IMG/VR virus record: IMGVR_UViG_3300032225_001178
Location: 1-46,632 of that record
Length of the DNA: 46,632 nt
Strand: one strand, 5' to 3'
Origin: a virus
Lineage: Duplodnaviria > Caudoviricetes
Shown: positions 19,345-27,240 of the stretch, in pieces
How the letters are laid out: every line of letters starts with the position of its first letter
How positions within the stretch are numbered: the first letter of the stretch is position 1
Position numbers and translations under genes: made by a program
Notes under the pieces: generated by a model
What the model was told of the DNA's origin: nothing
The model's database searches: none
Seen by the model: the letters and a program-made list of their open reading frames with translations, nothing else

Positions 19345-19939
19345 CGTCTGTCCTTATTAACTTGATATTAAAAGAAATAGAAACACGGTCTTCGTCTAAT
19401 TCATTAGCAGATACCCCGTGAGGTAACCATCCTGGAAACATTATTAATCTACTAGTGATGGGGTCATAGCTAATAGCAGATGCACTAATAGGTGTAAATT
19501 TTTCTATACTAGCAAAAGAAATAGTAGCAAAGTCCTGCATCATATTTTTGTAAAGTGTAATTTTACCTTGGCCTGGTTTTGCTTTTAGATAAAATGCTCC
19601 AGATACAAAAGATGCATCGTGCATATGAACCATATTAGAATTGAATTTGCAATTTACATTGAACCACAAATTTTCTATTACAGGAAAACACCATCTTTCA
19701 TCAAATCCAAAATCTATAACACAATTACGAGCTTGAGTTAATATTTTATCTTCTAAAGGTTTTAATTCGGCATACGTTCCTGGACGGAAATCTTTACTTT
19801 GCCAGCCGCCGTCGTTACTGAGTTTTCTACCTACTGGCTCTTGTTCTTTTAATTCGTAGCATTTTGCCAACATAGCGTCTGTTGACATATTAGTGTCTTC
19901 CCACCACACAGGAGTAGGGAAATATAATTCAAAATTCAT
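19316..19939 (-). CDS. Fe(II)/2OG oxygenase-fold protein, TIGR02466 family (207 aa)
   Basis: YFPTPVW, SNDGGWQS, WFNVN, HMHDASFVSGAFY, FPGWLPHGV, RVSISFN. Confidence 0.9.
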   Translation of the reverse strand: MNFELYFPTPVWWEDTNMSTDAMLAKCYELKEQEPVGRKLSNDGGWQSKDFRPGTYAELKPLEDKILTQARNCVIDFGFDERWCFPVIENLWFNVNCKFNSNMVHMHDASFVSGAFYLKAKPGQGKITLYKNMMQDFATISFASIEKFTPISASAISYDPITSRLIMFPGWLPHGVSANELDEDRVSISFNIKLIRTDDERYRPAIT

Positions 19940-20749
19940 TTAAAAAAATCCTCCTAGACTTCTCATAGTTGGTGGAGTTTCGTAACTATATGCAAATGAG
20001 TGACTCCAACGAAAATCCACAGCCTCTGAAACAAACGGTACGTGACACACATTTGCTTTATATAGTGTCATTGTTCCAGCGGTACACGGTGATTCGCCTA
20101 AGAATTCAAATCCCCATTTTGCCATTTCTTCGTTGCTTAAATTTGACCAAGCTGGTAATCGTGTTGGCAATATTGCCATCTCTTCCCAGGCCTTTCTCAT
20201 TGGGTGTGTGGGATCAATTTGAAAATCGTAAACTTCGTTTTTCATAGTTCCGTGGTATTTAAAGAGCTTGGTGCTGCTATCTGCGATCTTGTGATCAGTG
20301 AACCATAGATTAGATACTAGTCCGTGTACGTAGTCAATATGAGGTAGACGATAACAGCCGAGCGGTTTAGCACGTTCCTTGAAATATAAATTGCCCCACT
20401 CGTGTATCTGTGGATCAAAAACATCTGCAGATATATGTTTATGATTAAAGTCTCTTAATAAGAAACAAATATTTTTATGAACCCACTCTGGTAGGTGTAT
20501 AGTATCAAAGGGATTTGGATCAAAGTTATCAGGATGATTATTATCTTTCTGAATCGGAAAAGATGCTACTAAATTTTTAAACAATTCAAAACCATCGTCA
20601 TAGAACGGAGCTTCAGCGACCCAATATCCAACATCAGGAGCCAATTCAACATAGTCGTATTTCCAATCCTTAAGTGCCTTTACCTTAATTATTTTATCAA
20701 AGGTATTAGCATCTGGATAACAAAATTTGAAACTTCGGTCAATATTCAT
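19940..20749 (-). CDS. Divergent Fe(II)/2OG oxygenase-fold protein (269 aa)
   Basis: RLPHID...VSNLWFT...STKLF, TLYKANVCHVPF, RWSHSF (HxD...H...RxS). Confidence 0.65.
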   Translation of the reverse strand: MNIDRSFKFCYPDANTFDKIIKVKALKDWKYDYVELAPDVGYWVAEAPFYDDGFELFKNLVASFPIQKDNNHPDNFDPNPFDTIHLPEWVHKNICFLLRDFNHKHISADVFDPQIHEWGNLYFKERAKPLGCYRLPHIDYVHGLVSNLWFTDHKIADSSTKLFKYHGTMKNEVYDFQIDPTHPMRKAWEEMAILPTRLPAWSNLSNEEMAKWGFEFLGESPCTAGTMTLYKANVCHVPFVSEAVDFRWSHSFAYSYETPPTMRSLGGFF

Positions 20750-21330
20750 TTTATATTAAACGTCATTACAATGCGTTCCTCGTCTGTTCTACTAGGTTGT
20801 ACTCTGTGCTTTAACCAGCCAGGAAAAATTAATACATCGTTGGTGTTAACTTCAATTTCTCTGTATAGTGCAAGTTCTGGAATTATAGGGTAAGAATTTT
20901 TATGATATTCGAGAGGATCTTTAAACTCAATATTTCCAGAGTTCGTAGGACACTTAAGATAACAGCTGGCAACAAAAGTTCCAAAATTGTGTGTATGCTC
21001 TTCAGTGTAGCCGCCTCGACGGTGACGATTACACCAAGATTGTGTTACTTCAGAATGCCCTATAACAAAATTGTTAGCTCTACGTATTTCTGCAATTTGT
21101 GCGCCCAACCAATTTTGAAACTTCGATAGTTCTTGCCAACCGTGGGGTTGAAAAGATTGATCTACACTTACTGTAGAAACAGCATCATCTTTTTCTAGCT
21201 CTGAATTTTTTTCTACAAGAGAAAACAGCTGATCTAGTTTTGGAGTTAATTCGATTAGATTAAAATCAAAATTGAATTTCCAGATCAGCGGTGGAAATAA
21301 ATGGATTCCTCCATTACTCAGCTGCAACAC
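20746..21330 (-). CDS. Fe(II)/2OG oxygenase-fold protein, TIGR02466-like (194 aa)
   Basis: LFPPLIW, SWCN, EHTH, GNIEFKDP, FPGWLKHRV, RIVMTFN; GTG start. Confidence 0.87.
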   Translation of the reverse strand: MLQLSNGGIHLFPPLIWKFNFDFNLIELTPKLDQLFSLVEKNSELEKDDAVSTVSVDQSFQPHGWQELSKFQNWLGAQIAEIRRANNFVIGHSEVTQSWCNRHRRGGYTEEHTHNFGTFVASCYLKCPTNSGNIEFKDPLEYHKNSYPIIPELALYREIEVNTNDVLIFPGWLKHRVQPSRTDEERIVMTFNIK

Positions 21331-21568
21331 CTAGTTGTGCCTCATCCCAAGTATCTAGAGCTAGTTTTAGTCCCATTAGGACTCCTTCCATCTTTAGATT
21401 GTCCTGTGAAATGTCTTGACGCTTGGAAAAATCAATCGATGTAATACCATATGGATTTAGTTTTACATTTGCGAATTCTTCTTCAAGACGCTTCAGTTCA
21501 GTCTCTGCTTTTGCTTTTTCTTCTGTTACTTTTGCCATAGTGGCAATTAGTGATTGTTTGTAGTCCAT
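21314..21568 (-). CDS. Small coiled-coil hypothetical protein (84 aa)
   Basis: GAGG Shine-Dalgarno upstream; charged heptad-like helix EEKAKAETELKRLEEEF. Confidence 0.75.
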   Translation of the reverse strand: MDYKQSLIATMAKVTEEKAKAETELKRLEEEFANVKLNPYGITSIDFSKRQDISQDNLKMEGVLMGLKLALDTWDEAQLGVAAE

Positions 21569-21572
21569 AGTA

Positions 21573-22358
21573 TTATCCTCTCTTTTTATACTTATTAAGC
21601 ACAGCTAATGTGCGTGTTAATCGTGATGCTAGGGTATCGTGTGATAAAATTACACAGTTTGAAGCATAATTAAATTCTTGTTCTTTCTGTATGTCTGTCT
21701 GGTTTGCTGTGTCTACAGTTACATTATAACTAGAAGTGCTTAATGCTTTACGAGATAGCGGAATATATTGACACAGCGGAGTACCTGCCCTAACTAACGT
21801 GCTGCCGTTTAGGTCTTTCCAAAATAGCTGTACATTCATTAGATGTGCATATCTTAAATCTAATATACCAGTGGCTGCGGTAAACCGTGATTCGTTGTTG
21901 TATGTTACTGGCAATTGTAGCAATAGTATATCGTCATCGGCTTCAACTCTCCACGGAGTTTCAATTTTAATTACGGTTTTTAAAGTAACATCATCATCTA
22001 AAAATATTTCTGTTTGCTCTTTAGTATGGCTAGAAATATAAGTGTCTTTGCCTTCTGCAAATTTTGTAAACCTATACGGTTCAACCCAATTAAATCCAAT
22101 GCCGTCACCGGTAGTTGTAATTATAAAATCAGCAGGTGCTAACATAACCCACCCAGTTGATACTACCTTATTAATGCCTGGACAGTTTGCAGACGAAACT
22201 GCAACCTGCGATTCGTCTTCTGCAAACTTTCGTTTGATTGATGATGATTTTGTTATAGGGTATAGTTTTTCAACTCCGGTTTCTAAAGAATAGAATCTAA
22301 TACTTGGCTGCTTTTCTTTTCGCATCCAACCAAAGAGTTTTTTACAAAGCGTAGTCAT
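21573..22358 (-). CDS. Conserved phage protein, dUTPase-fold-like / DUF6065-like (261 aa)
   Basis: NCPGI...GWVMLAPADF, ETPWRV, DDILLLQLPV, GILDLRY, VRAGTPLCQYIP. Paralog of 6880-7710. Confidence 0.55.
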   Translation of the reverse strand: MTTLCKKLFGWMRKEKQPSIRFYSLETGVEKLYPITKSSSIKRKFAEDESQVAVSSANCPGINKVVSTGWVMLAPADFIITTTGDGIGFNWVEPYRFTKFAEGKDTYISSHTKEQTEIFLDDDVTLKTVIKIETPWRVEADDDILLLQLPVTYNNESRFTAATGILDLRYAHLMNVQLFWKDLNGSTLVRAGTPLCQYIPLSRKALSTSSYNVTVDTANQTDIQKEQEFNYASNCVILSHDTLASRLTRTLAVLNKYKKRG

Positions 22359-23943
22359 CTTTGCCTCCGTAGATTTCGTGTTTTAGAAATTCGTAGTGTG
22401 TAGGTAAATCGTTTACGTAGTTAATAACATACTCCCTATATTTTTCGTAGACACGTTTGGTGTATTCCAATTCATCCTCTTTCATCTTGCCGCCAATTAA
22501 TACCATTTCTTTAGTGGATATTGGTTTAACTCCCATACCGGCAGCTATCATTAGTCCTGCAATAAATCCTGTTGGATACGTTTGACTTGCAGTTATGTTG
22601 CCAATCAAATTAGGATACTGAGATTGTTGCAGTACATAATCACTGATTAGATTTGGACAATACTCGTGTACGTTTGTGCAATAATTCCAATATGGTGTGT
22701 CATCGCGCATTGACAGTGCATAATGCTGTGAAATAAAATCTTTAAATTTTAAAACTTCTTGTTCGACAGCAAAATTAAATCCTTCTTTCTCAGTTCGAGT
22801 AACCCAACCACGCCTACGGTTTAGTATTTCAACTAGTTTAACAACATTTTCGTGTGTTGTCAATAGTCCAGTAGACTCTAATGGCTCAACAAACCCATAA
22901 CTCAGGCCGACTCCAACAACATTCTTAACCCACGCTCGATGTCTACGACCGTGACGCATATCCACGTGAAATAATTCTGCACGTTCTGCACGTTCTTTGC
23001 TTCCTGTTGTAGTAAGATGTTCTCTAAATTCTTTAGCTGCTGCTTCTTTAGAAGTAAATTTAGACGAGTATACATATCCAGTACCGATACGATTCCATAG
23101 TGGAATGTTCCACACCCAGCCATTACCTAGTGCGTGACAATCTGTATAGTTGTGCATTTCTTTTTCACGATCTTCATAGGGTAATCTACAAGCCCAGGCA
23201 CAGTCATTGAACAAATTGTCATCAAAAGACTTAAACGGTGAACCCATCCATTGTTCGAGTAACACTGATTTAAATCCAGTGCAGTCGATCCATAGATCAG
23301 ATGTTAGTCGGGTTCCGTCTAGTAAAATAATTTCAGATATATTGCCAGCATTGTCCTTAGCGTATGCTGTAACTTCACCGTGTATATGTTTAACACCGTT
23401 TGGTATCGCAATCTTATCTTTAAGATACTGACCAAATAACTGTGCATCAACGTGGTATGCAGTATCCCACTTAAAACTAAAGTGTCTTAGTTTATCATTT
23501 AGATTTTTTGTCTGCTTGTTGTTATTAGCTAGGAATGTATTGGCTGTGGCAAAGAATTCTGCAAATGATTCTGGGCCAAACTCTTCAGGATATAGTGTCG
23601 CAAGCTCAGACCAAGAACTAAGGCCACCGGGTTTGTCAGACATATCCAGACCTAGGCTAAACGGATATTGAAAACTAGATCCGTCATTTTCTCTAAAGTT
23701 TGTAAATCTAATAGAATTTTTGTAAGTGGCATTACACTCGGCCATCCAATCATTATCTTCTAACCCTAACAATGTTAAAAACTTACTGATGTGGCCTAAT
23801 GTGCTTTCACCTACTCCCACAGTCTTGATGTCAGGAGATTCAATTACGGTGACTTCAATATGTGGACATAGTTTTGCCAAAGCAGCAGCAGACATCCAAC
23901 CTGAACTACCACCACCAACTATGGTTACTTTTTTAATCCACAT
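22342..23943 (-). CDS. Tryptophan halogenase-family flavoprotein (533 aa)
   Basis: GGGSSGW, VGVGEST, ATYKNSIRF, AYHVDA, DCTGF, GWVWNIP, FVEPLESTG. Confidence 0.93.
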   Translation of the reverse strand: MWIKKVTIVGGGSSGWMSAAALAKLCPHIEVTVIESPDIKTVGVGESTLGHISKFLTLLGLEDNDWMAECNATYKNSIRFTNFRENDGSSFQYPFSLGLDMSDKPGGLSSWSELATLYPEEFGPESFAEFFATANTFLANNNKQTKNLNDKLRHFSFKWDTAYHVDAQLFGQYLKDKIAIPNGVKHIHGEVTAYAKDNAGNISEIILLDGTRLTSDLWIDCTGFKSVLLEQWMGSPFKSFDDNLFNDCAWACRLPYEDREKEMHNYTDCHALGNGWVWNIPLWNRIGTGYVYSSKFTSKEAAAKEFREHLTTTGSKERAERAELFHVDMRHGRRHRAWVKNVVGVGLSYGFVEPLESTGLLTTHENVVKLVEILNRRRGWVTRTEKEGFNFAVEQEVLKFKDFISQHYALSMRDDTPYWNYCTNVHEYCPNLISDYVLQQSQYPNLIGNITASQTYPTGFIAGLMIAAGMGVKPISTKEMVLIGGKMKEDELEYTKRVYEKYREYVINYVNDLPTHYEFLKHEIYGGKDDYAL

Positions 23944-23946
23944 ATT

Positions 23947-25578
23947 TTACTGTTCTTTGTTCTCGAGATAAATGTCTGTGCCACCGTAAATTTCATCTCT
24001 CAAGAATTCATAATGGCTTGGCAGTGTGTTGACGTGTTCGATTACAAAATCTCGATATTCTTCAAATCTACGTTTAGTATAACCAACTTCTTCTTGCTTG
24101 CGGCTTATTTCTTGTCTAGAGCCGTTATAGAATATGGCTTCTTTAGTTGACACTGCTTTTACACCCATACCGGCAGCAATGAACATATTGCCTACATAGT
24201 CGCTAGGATAGCCTAATCCCGCACCGATGTTGCCTAACAGATTAGGATACTGTGCTTGTTGTAGCATATAGTCTCCCATCATTTCTGGCTGATATTCGTT
24301 GATCTGAGTACACCAGCGCCAGTAGGGAGTGTCTGTTCTTTGTGAAAGGGCATAGTGTTGTGATACGAAATCTCTAAAACGATATACATCGTGTTGTACT
24401 GCAAAATTAAATCCTTCTCTTTCACTGCGGGTGATGTATCCACCACGTCGATTTAGTGCTTCAACTAGTTTAACAATATTTTCGTGTGTAGTCAGTAGCC
24501 CAGTTGACTCTAGAGGTTCAACGAATCCGTAGCTTAGACCAACACCAACAACGTTAAACGACCAAGCACGTCTGCGAACACCGTGACGTATTTGAATATT
24601 AAACATATCAGCATCTTCGGCACGTTCTTTACTACCAGTAGTTGCTAAGTGATTACGAAATTCACGTTTAGCTTCTTCGTCTGTGGTAAAACGTGATGAG
24701 TAACAGTAGCCAGTGCCAATACGATTCCATAGTGGAATATTCCAAACCCAGCCATTGCCTAGTGCGTGGCAGTCGGTGATATTGTGCATTTCCTTTTCAC
24801 GATCTTCATAAGGAATACGACAGGCCCAGGCACGATCGTTGGCAAGATAGTTGCTGAACGGCATAAACTGTTGTCCCATCCAGTGTTCTAACAGCACTGA
24901 TCTAAAACCTGTACAATCAATCCACAGGTCGGCTTTTAAAATAGTTGTGAAATCATCTAACAAGATTTCTGTAATATTACCAATATGATCTTTTCTATGC
25001 GAGTGTACTTCGGCTAGTATGTGTTTTACACCGTTTGGTATTGCGATTGTATCTTTAAGATATTTCCCAAATAGCCCGGCATCCATATGATAGGCAGTAT
25101 CCCATTTGAAATCATAATTTCTTAATAGACCGTTTTTGTTTCTTGATTGCTTATTGTATTTTGCAAGGAATGTATTTCCGGTAGCATACATCTGTGCAAA
25201 TTGTTCTGGACCGTATTCGTCTGGGAACATAGTAGCCAGTTCTGACCAAGCCATTGTTCCGCTTGGTTTGTCGGTCATATCTAATCCAGACGAAAACGGA
25301 TATTCAAAATATGTGCCGTCATTCTCTCTAAAATTTGTAAAGCGAATAGAGTTTTTGTAAGTGGCATTACAAGCGGCCATCCAATCTTCGTCTTTTAATC
25401 CTAGCATATTTAGGAATTTATTGATATGTCCAAGTGTGCTTTCGCCTACTCCAACAGTTCCAATTTTTGGTGATTCAACTAGTGTAATTTCGAGATGCGG
25501 GCATAATTTTGACAGTGCTGCCGCAGTCATCCATCCCGAACTGCCGCCACCAATGATTGTAACTTTTTTAACTTGCAT
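23947..25578 (-). CDS. Tryptophan halogenase-family flavoprotein (543 aa)
   Basis: GGGSSGW, VGVGEST, ATYKNSIRF, GWVWNIP, FVEPLESTG. Tandem paralog of 22342-23943. Confidence 0.93.
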   Translation of the reverse strand: MQVKKVTIIGGGSSGWMTAAALSKLCPHLEITLVESPKIGTVGVGESTLGHINKFLNMLGLKDEDWMAACNATYKNSIRFTNFRENDGTYFEYPFSSGLDMTDKPSGTMAWSELATMFPDEYGPEQFAQMYATGNTFLAKYNKQSRNKNGLLRNYDFKWDTAYHMDAGLFGKYLKDTIAIPNGVKHILAEVHSHRKDHIGNITEILLDDFTTILKADLWIDCTGFRSVLLEHWMGQQFMPFSNYLANDRAWACRIPYEDREKEMHNITDCHALGNGWVWNIPLWNRIGTGYCYSSRFTTDEEAKREFRNHLATTGSKERAEDADMFNIQIRHGVRRRAWSFNVVGVGLSYGFVEPLESTGLLTTHENIVKLVEALNRRGGYITRSEREGFNFAVQHDVYRFRDFVSQHYALSQRTDTPYWRWCTQINEYQPEMMGDYMLQQAQYPNLLGNIGAGLGYPSDYVGNMFIAAGMGVKAVSTKEAIFYNGSRQEISRKQEEVGYTKRRFEEYRDFVIEHVNTLPSHYEFLRDEIYGGTDIYLENKEQ

Positions 25579-25606
25579 AGGATATCCTTTGATAATAGTG
25601 CCAGTT

Positions 25607-25614
25607 TATTTATA
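25607..25614 (-). promoter_or_regulatory. T4-type late promoter TATAAATA heading the 25578->14329 operon
   Basis: Perfect TATAAATA on the minus strand, intergenic, just downstream of a terminator and 28 nt upstream of the ATG (AAGGA Shine-Dalgarno between). Confidence 0.75.
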
Positions 25615-25631
25615 CCGTGAAAGTTTGAGAC

Positions 25632-25662
25632 AAAAAAAAGACGTTATAAAAACGTCTTTTTT
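25632..25662 (-). terminator. Intrinsic terminator, possibly bidirectional
   Basis: Inverted repeat AAAAAAGACGTT-ATAAA-AACGTCTTTTTT with a T8 tail on the minus strand, just after the stop at 25677. Confidence 0.75.
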
Positions 25663-25676
25663 CAATCTAAATTAAA

Positions 25677-26345
25677 TTAGAATACTGGGAACGGATTGTC
25701 ATCTGGGCCATACCAACTGACCTGTTTGTCTAGATCGGTTTCGTTGTAAATTCCGTATTCGCTGGCTAAACCAAGTTTGGCGCCGCCTTCGCTGTATAAG
25801 AATCCGTCTGCGTGATTGACTCTTGCATTCGTAGGAATTGCCAAGAACTCGCCTTGGAATCCTTTCCAACCTGGATAGCGTTTCCAAGATTGCATTTCTG
25901 GTGTAGATGGGACTGATGGTTTAGATGGATGTGGCTCTTCTACTAGAGAACGAGCCATTTTTTCTTCCATAGTTTCAAACTGATATGGATCAGCTGCTGG
26001 TTTTGGAATCATTGCTTTAACTAGGAGTTGATGTTGATACCAATCGCTCGATGTATCTAATACACCGTTTTCTTTGATTGCATCAAAAATCATACCTAAC
26101 TGCGCACCTTCTGTGCCATAGGCTACTTTACGAGCAACTTCGTGATTGGTATATGGGCCATCACGTTCAACCCAAACCATAATCTGCTGTTGTGGGCTCC
26201 ACTCTAATGTCCAGTCCATTTGAATATTATCTGGAGCATCGACCCAGGCTATTGTGGCATCTGGACCTTCATAGATTGGACCTTCTTCGCCCGGATCTAC
26301 GATTTTTCCAACATACCCTTGATATGATACTAGTGCTTTTTTCAT
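25677..26345 (-). CDS. Hypothetical protein, possible fibre-assembly chaperone (222 aa)
   Basis: Directly follows the three fibre paralogs. The segment RKVAYG..GAQLGMIF...W......VKAMIPKP resembles small fibre-associated phage proteins. Confidence 0.55.
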   Translation of the reverse strand: MKKALVSYQGYVGKIVDPGEEGPIYEGPDATIAWVDAPDNIQMDWTLEWSPQQQIMVWVERDGPYTNHEVARKVAYGTEGAQLGMIFDAIKENGVLDTSSDWYQHQLLVKAMIPKPAADPYQFETMEEKMARSLVEEPHPSKPSVPSTPEMQSWKRYPGWKGFQGEFLAIPTNARVNHADGFLYSEGGAKLGLASEYGIYNETDLDKQVSWYGPDDNPFPVF

Positions 26346-26350
26346 AATGT

Positions 26351-26358
26351 TATTTATA
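26351..26358 (-). promoter_or_regulatory. T4-type late promoter TATAAATA
   Basis: Perfect match 5 nt upstream of the ATG at 26345; a GGAG Shine-Dalgarno lies just upstream of the box. Confidence 0.55.
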
Positions 26359-26365
26359 CTCCAAA

Positions 26366-27226
26366 TTATCTATATTCTTCTACTACAACAATTCCTGGTC
26401 TTCCATCTGATCCTCTATGACCGTGGAAATAACCGCCTGTACCACCAGAACCCGGTGCTGCGTGTCCTTGGTGATTATGTGTAAAGTTGCCGCCTTGTGG
26501 ATGCCCGCTTGGTGCTGGTCCTCCGAAATGACTGGTGCCACCTGGGCCAAATGAGTGATGGTGTGAACCACCGCCACCTTGGTGAATGTTTAAGTCTCCA
26601 CCTGATCCAGATCCACTAACACCACCACTGTGATTATTCTGTCGACAAGCGCCGTGACCACCACCTGCTGAGCAGTAGGGTCCAAATCCTGCGTAATCGC
26701 CATTGCCACCTGCATTATTGTAGTAAGTACCACCACCACCACCACCGACATAAACGGATACTGAAGCAATACCGTTTTGTGCTACTTCTAGAACACGTTC
26801 TGAATAACCGCCAGCTGCACCTGATTCGCCGTGACCGCCACCGCCGCCGCCTGCTGCTTGGCATTTAATACGGATATAACGAACACCTGCTGGTCTAGAC
26901 CAAGTTCCACTTGATGTGAATACTGAAATATTATAGGGACCAACGTTGGCCCATTCATAGCCGTTAGCCGATCCGTTAGTTCTTAACACTGTGGTGTTGC
27001 CACCTACTGAGCTTAGTGCTGTACCGCCTCTGTTAACAGGCATCTGTCCAGTTGTTGCGCCGCCTCCTAGGTCAACTGCGCTTGGTGCTAGTGTTCCAGC
27101 GGTAACATTACCGTCTGCAATGTTTGACGTTGCAATAGTTCTGCTGGCAAAGTTTGCAGTCTGCAATGTACCATCGATGATGGCTGCACTGTTAATATTT
27201 TTAAGTGTTTGATAGTCAAACGGCAT
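26366..27226 (-). CDS. Gly/His-rich fibre/adhesin-like protein, paralog 3 (286 aa)
   Basis: MPFDYQTLKN, pentad fibre repeats (IADGNVTAGTLA), PVNRGGT, then a Gly-rich domain VFTSSGTW.RPAGV...GRPGIVVVEEY; 14 His. Confidence 0.8.
   Translation of the reverse strand: MPFDYQTLKNINSAAIIDGTLQTANFASRTIATSNIADGNVTAGTLAPSAVDLGGGATTGQMPVNRGGTALSSVGGNTTVLRTNGSANGYEWANVGPYNISVFTSSGTWSRPAGVRYIRIKCQAAGGGGGGHGESGAAGGYSERVLEVAQNGIASVSVYVGGGGGGTYYNNAGGNGDYAGFGPYCSAGGGHGACRQNNHSGGVSGSGSGGDLNIHQGGGGSHHHSFGPGGTSHFGGPAPSGHPQGGNFTHNHQGHAAPGSGGTGGYFHGHRGSDGRPGIVVVEEYR
26664..26746. repeat. 83-bp exact direct repeat, copy 1 (copy 2 at 27542-27624)
   Basis: cctgctgagcagtagggtccaaatcc...gtaagtaccaccaccaccaccacc is identical in both paralogs. 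Confidence 0.9.
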
Positions 27227-27240
27227 ATTCTTTCCCTATC

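Noticed and set aside
6880-25578. Island as a DNA hypermodification (TET/JBP or AlkB) locus or a classical small-molecule cluster
   Set aside because: No recognisable TET/JBP, methylase, kinase, glycosyltransferase or scaffold synthase, and the context is late and structural. Partners elsewhere in the genome cannot be excluded.
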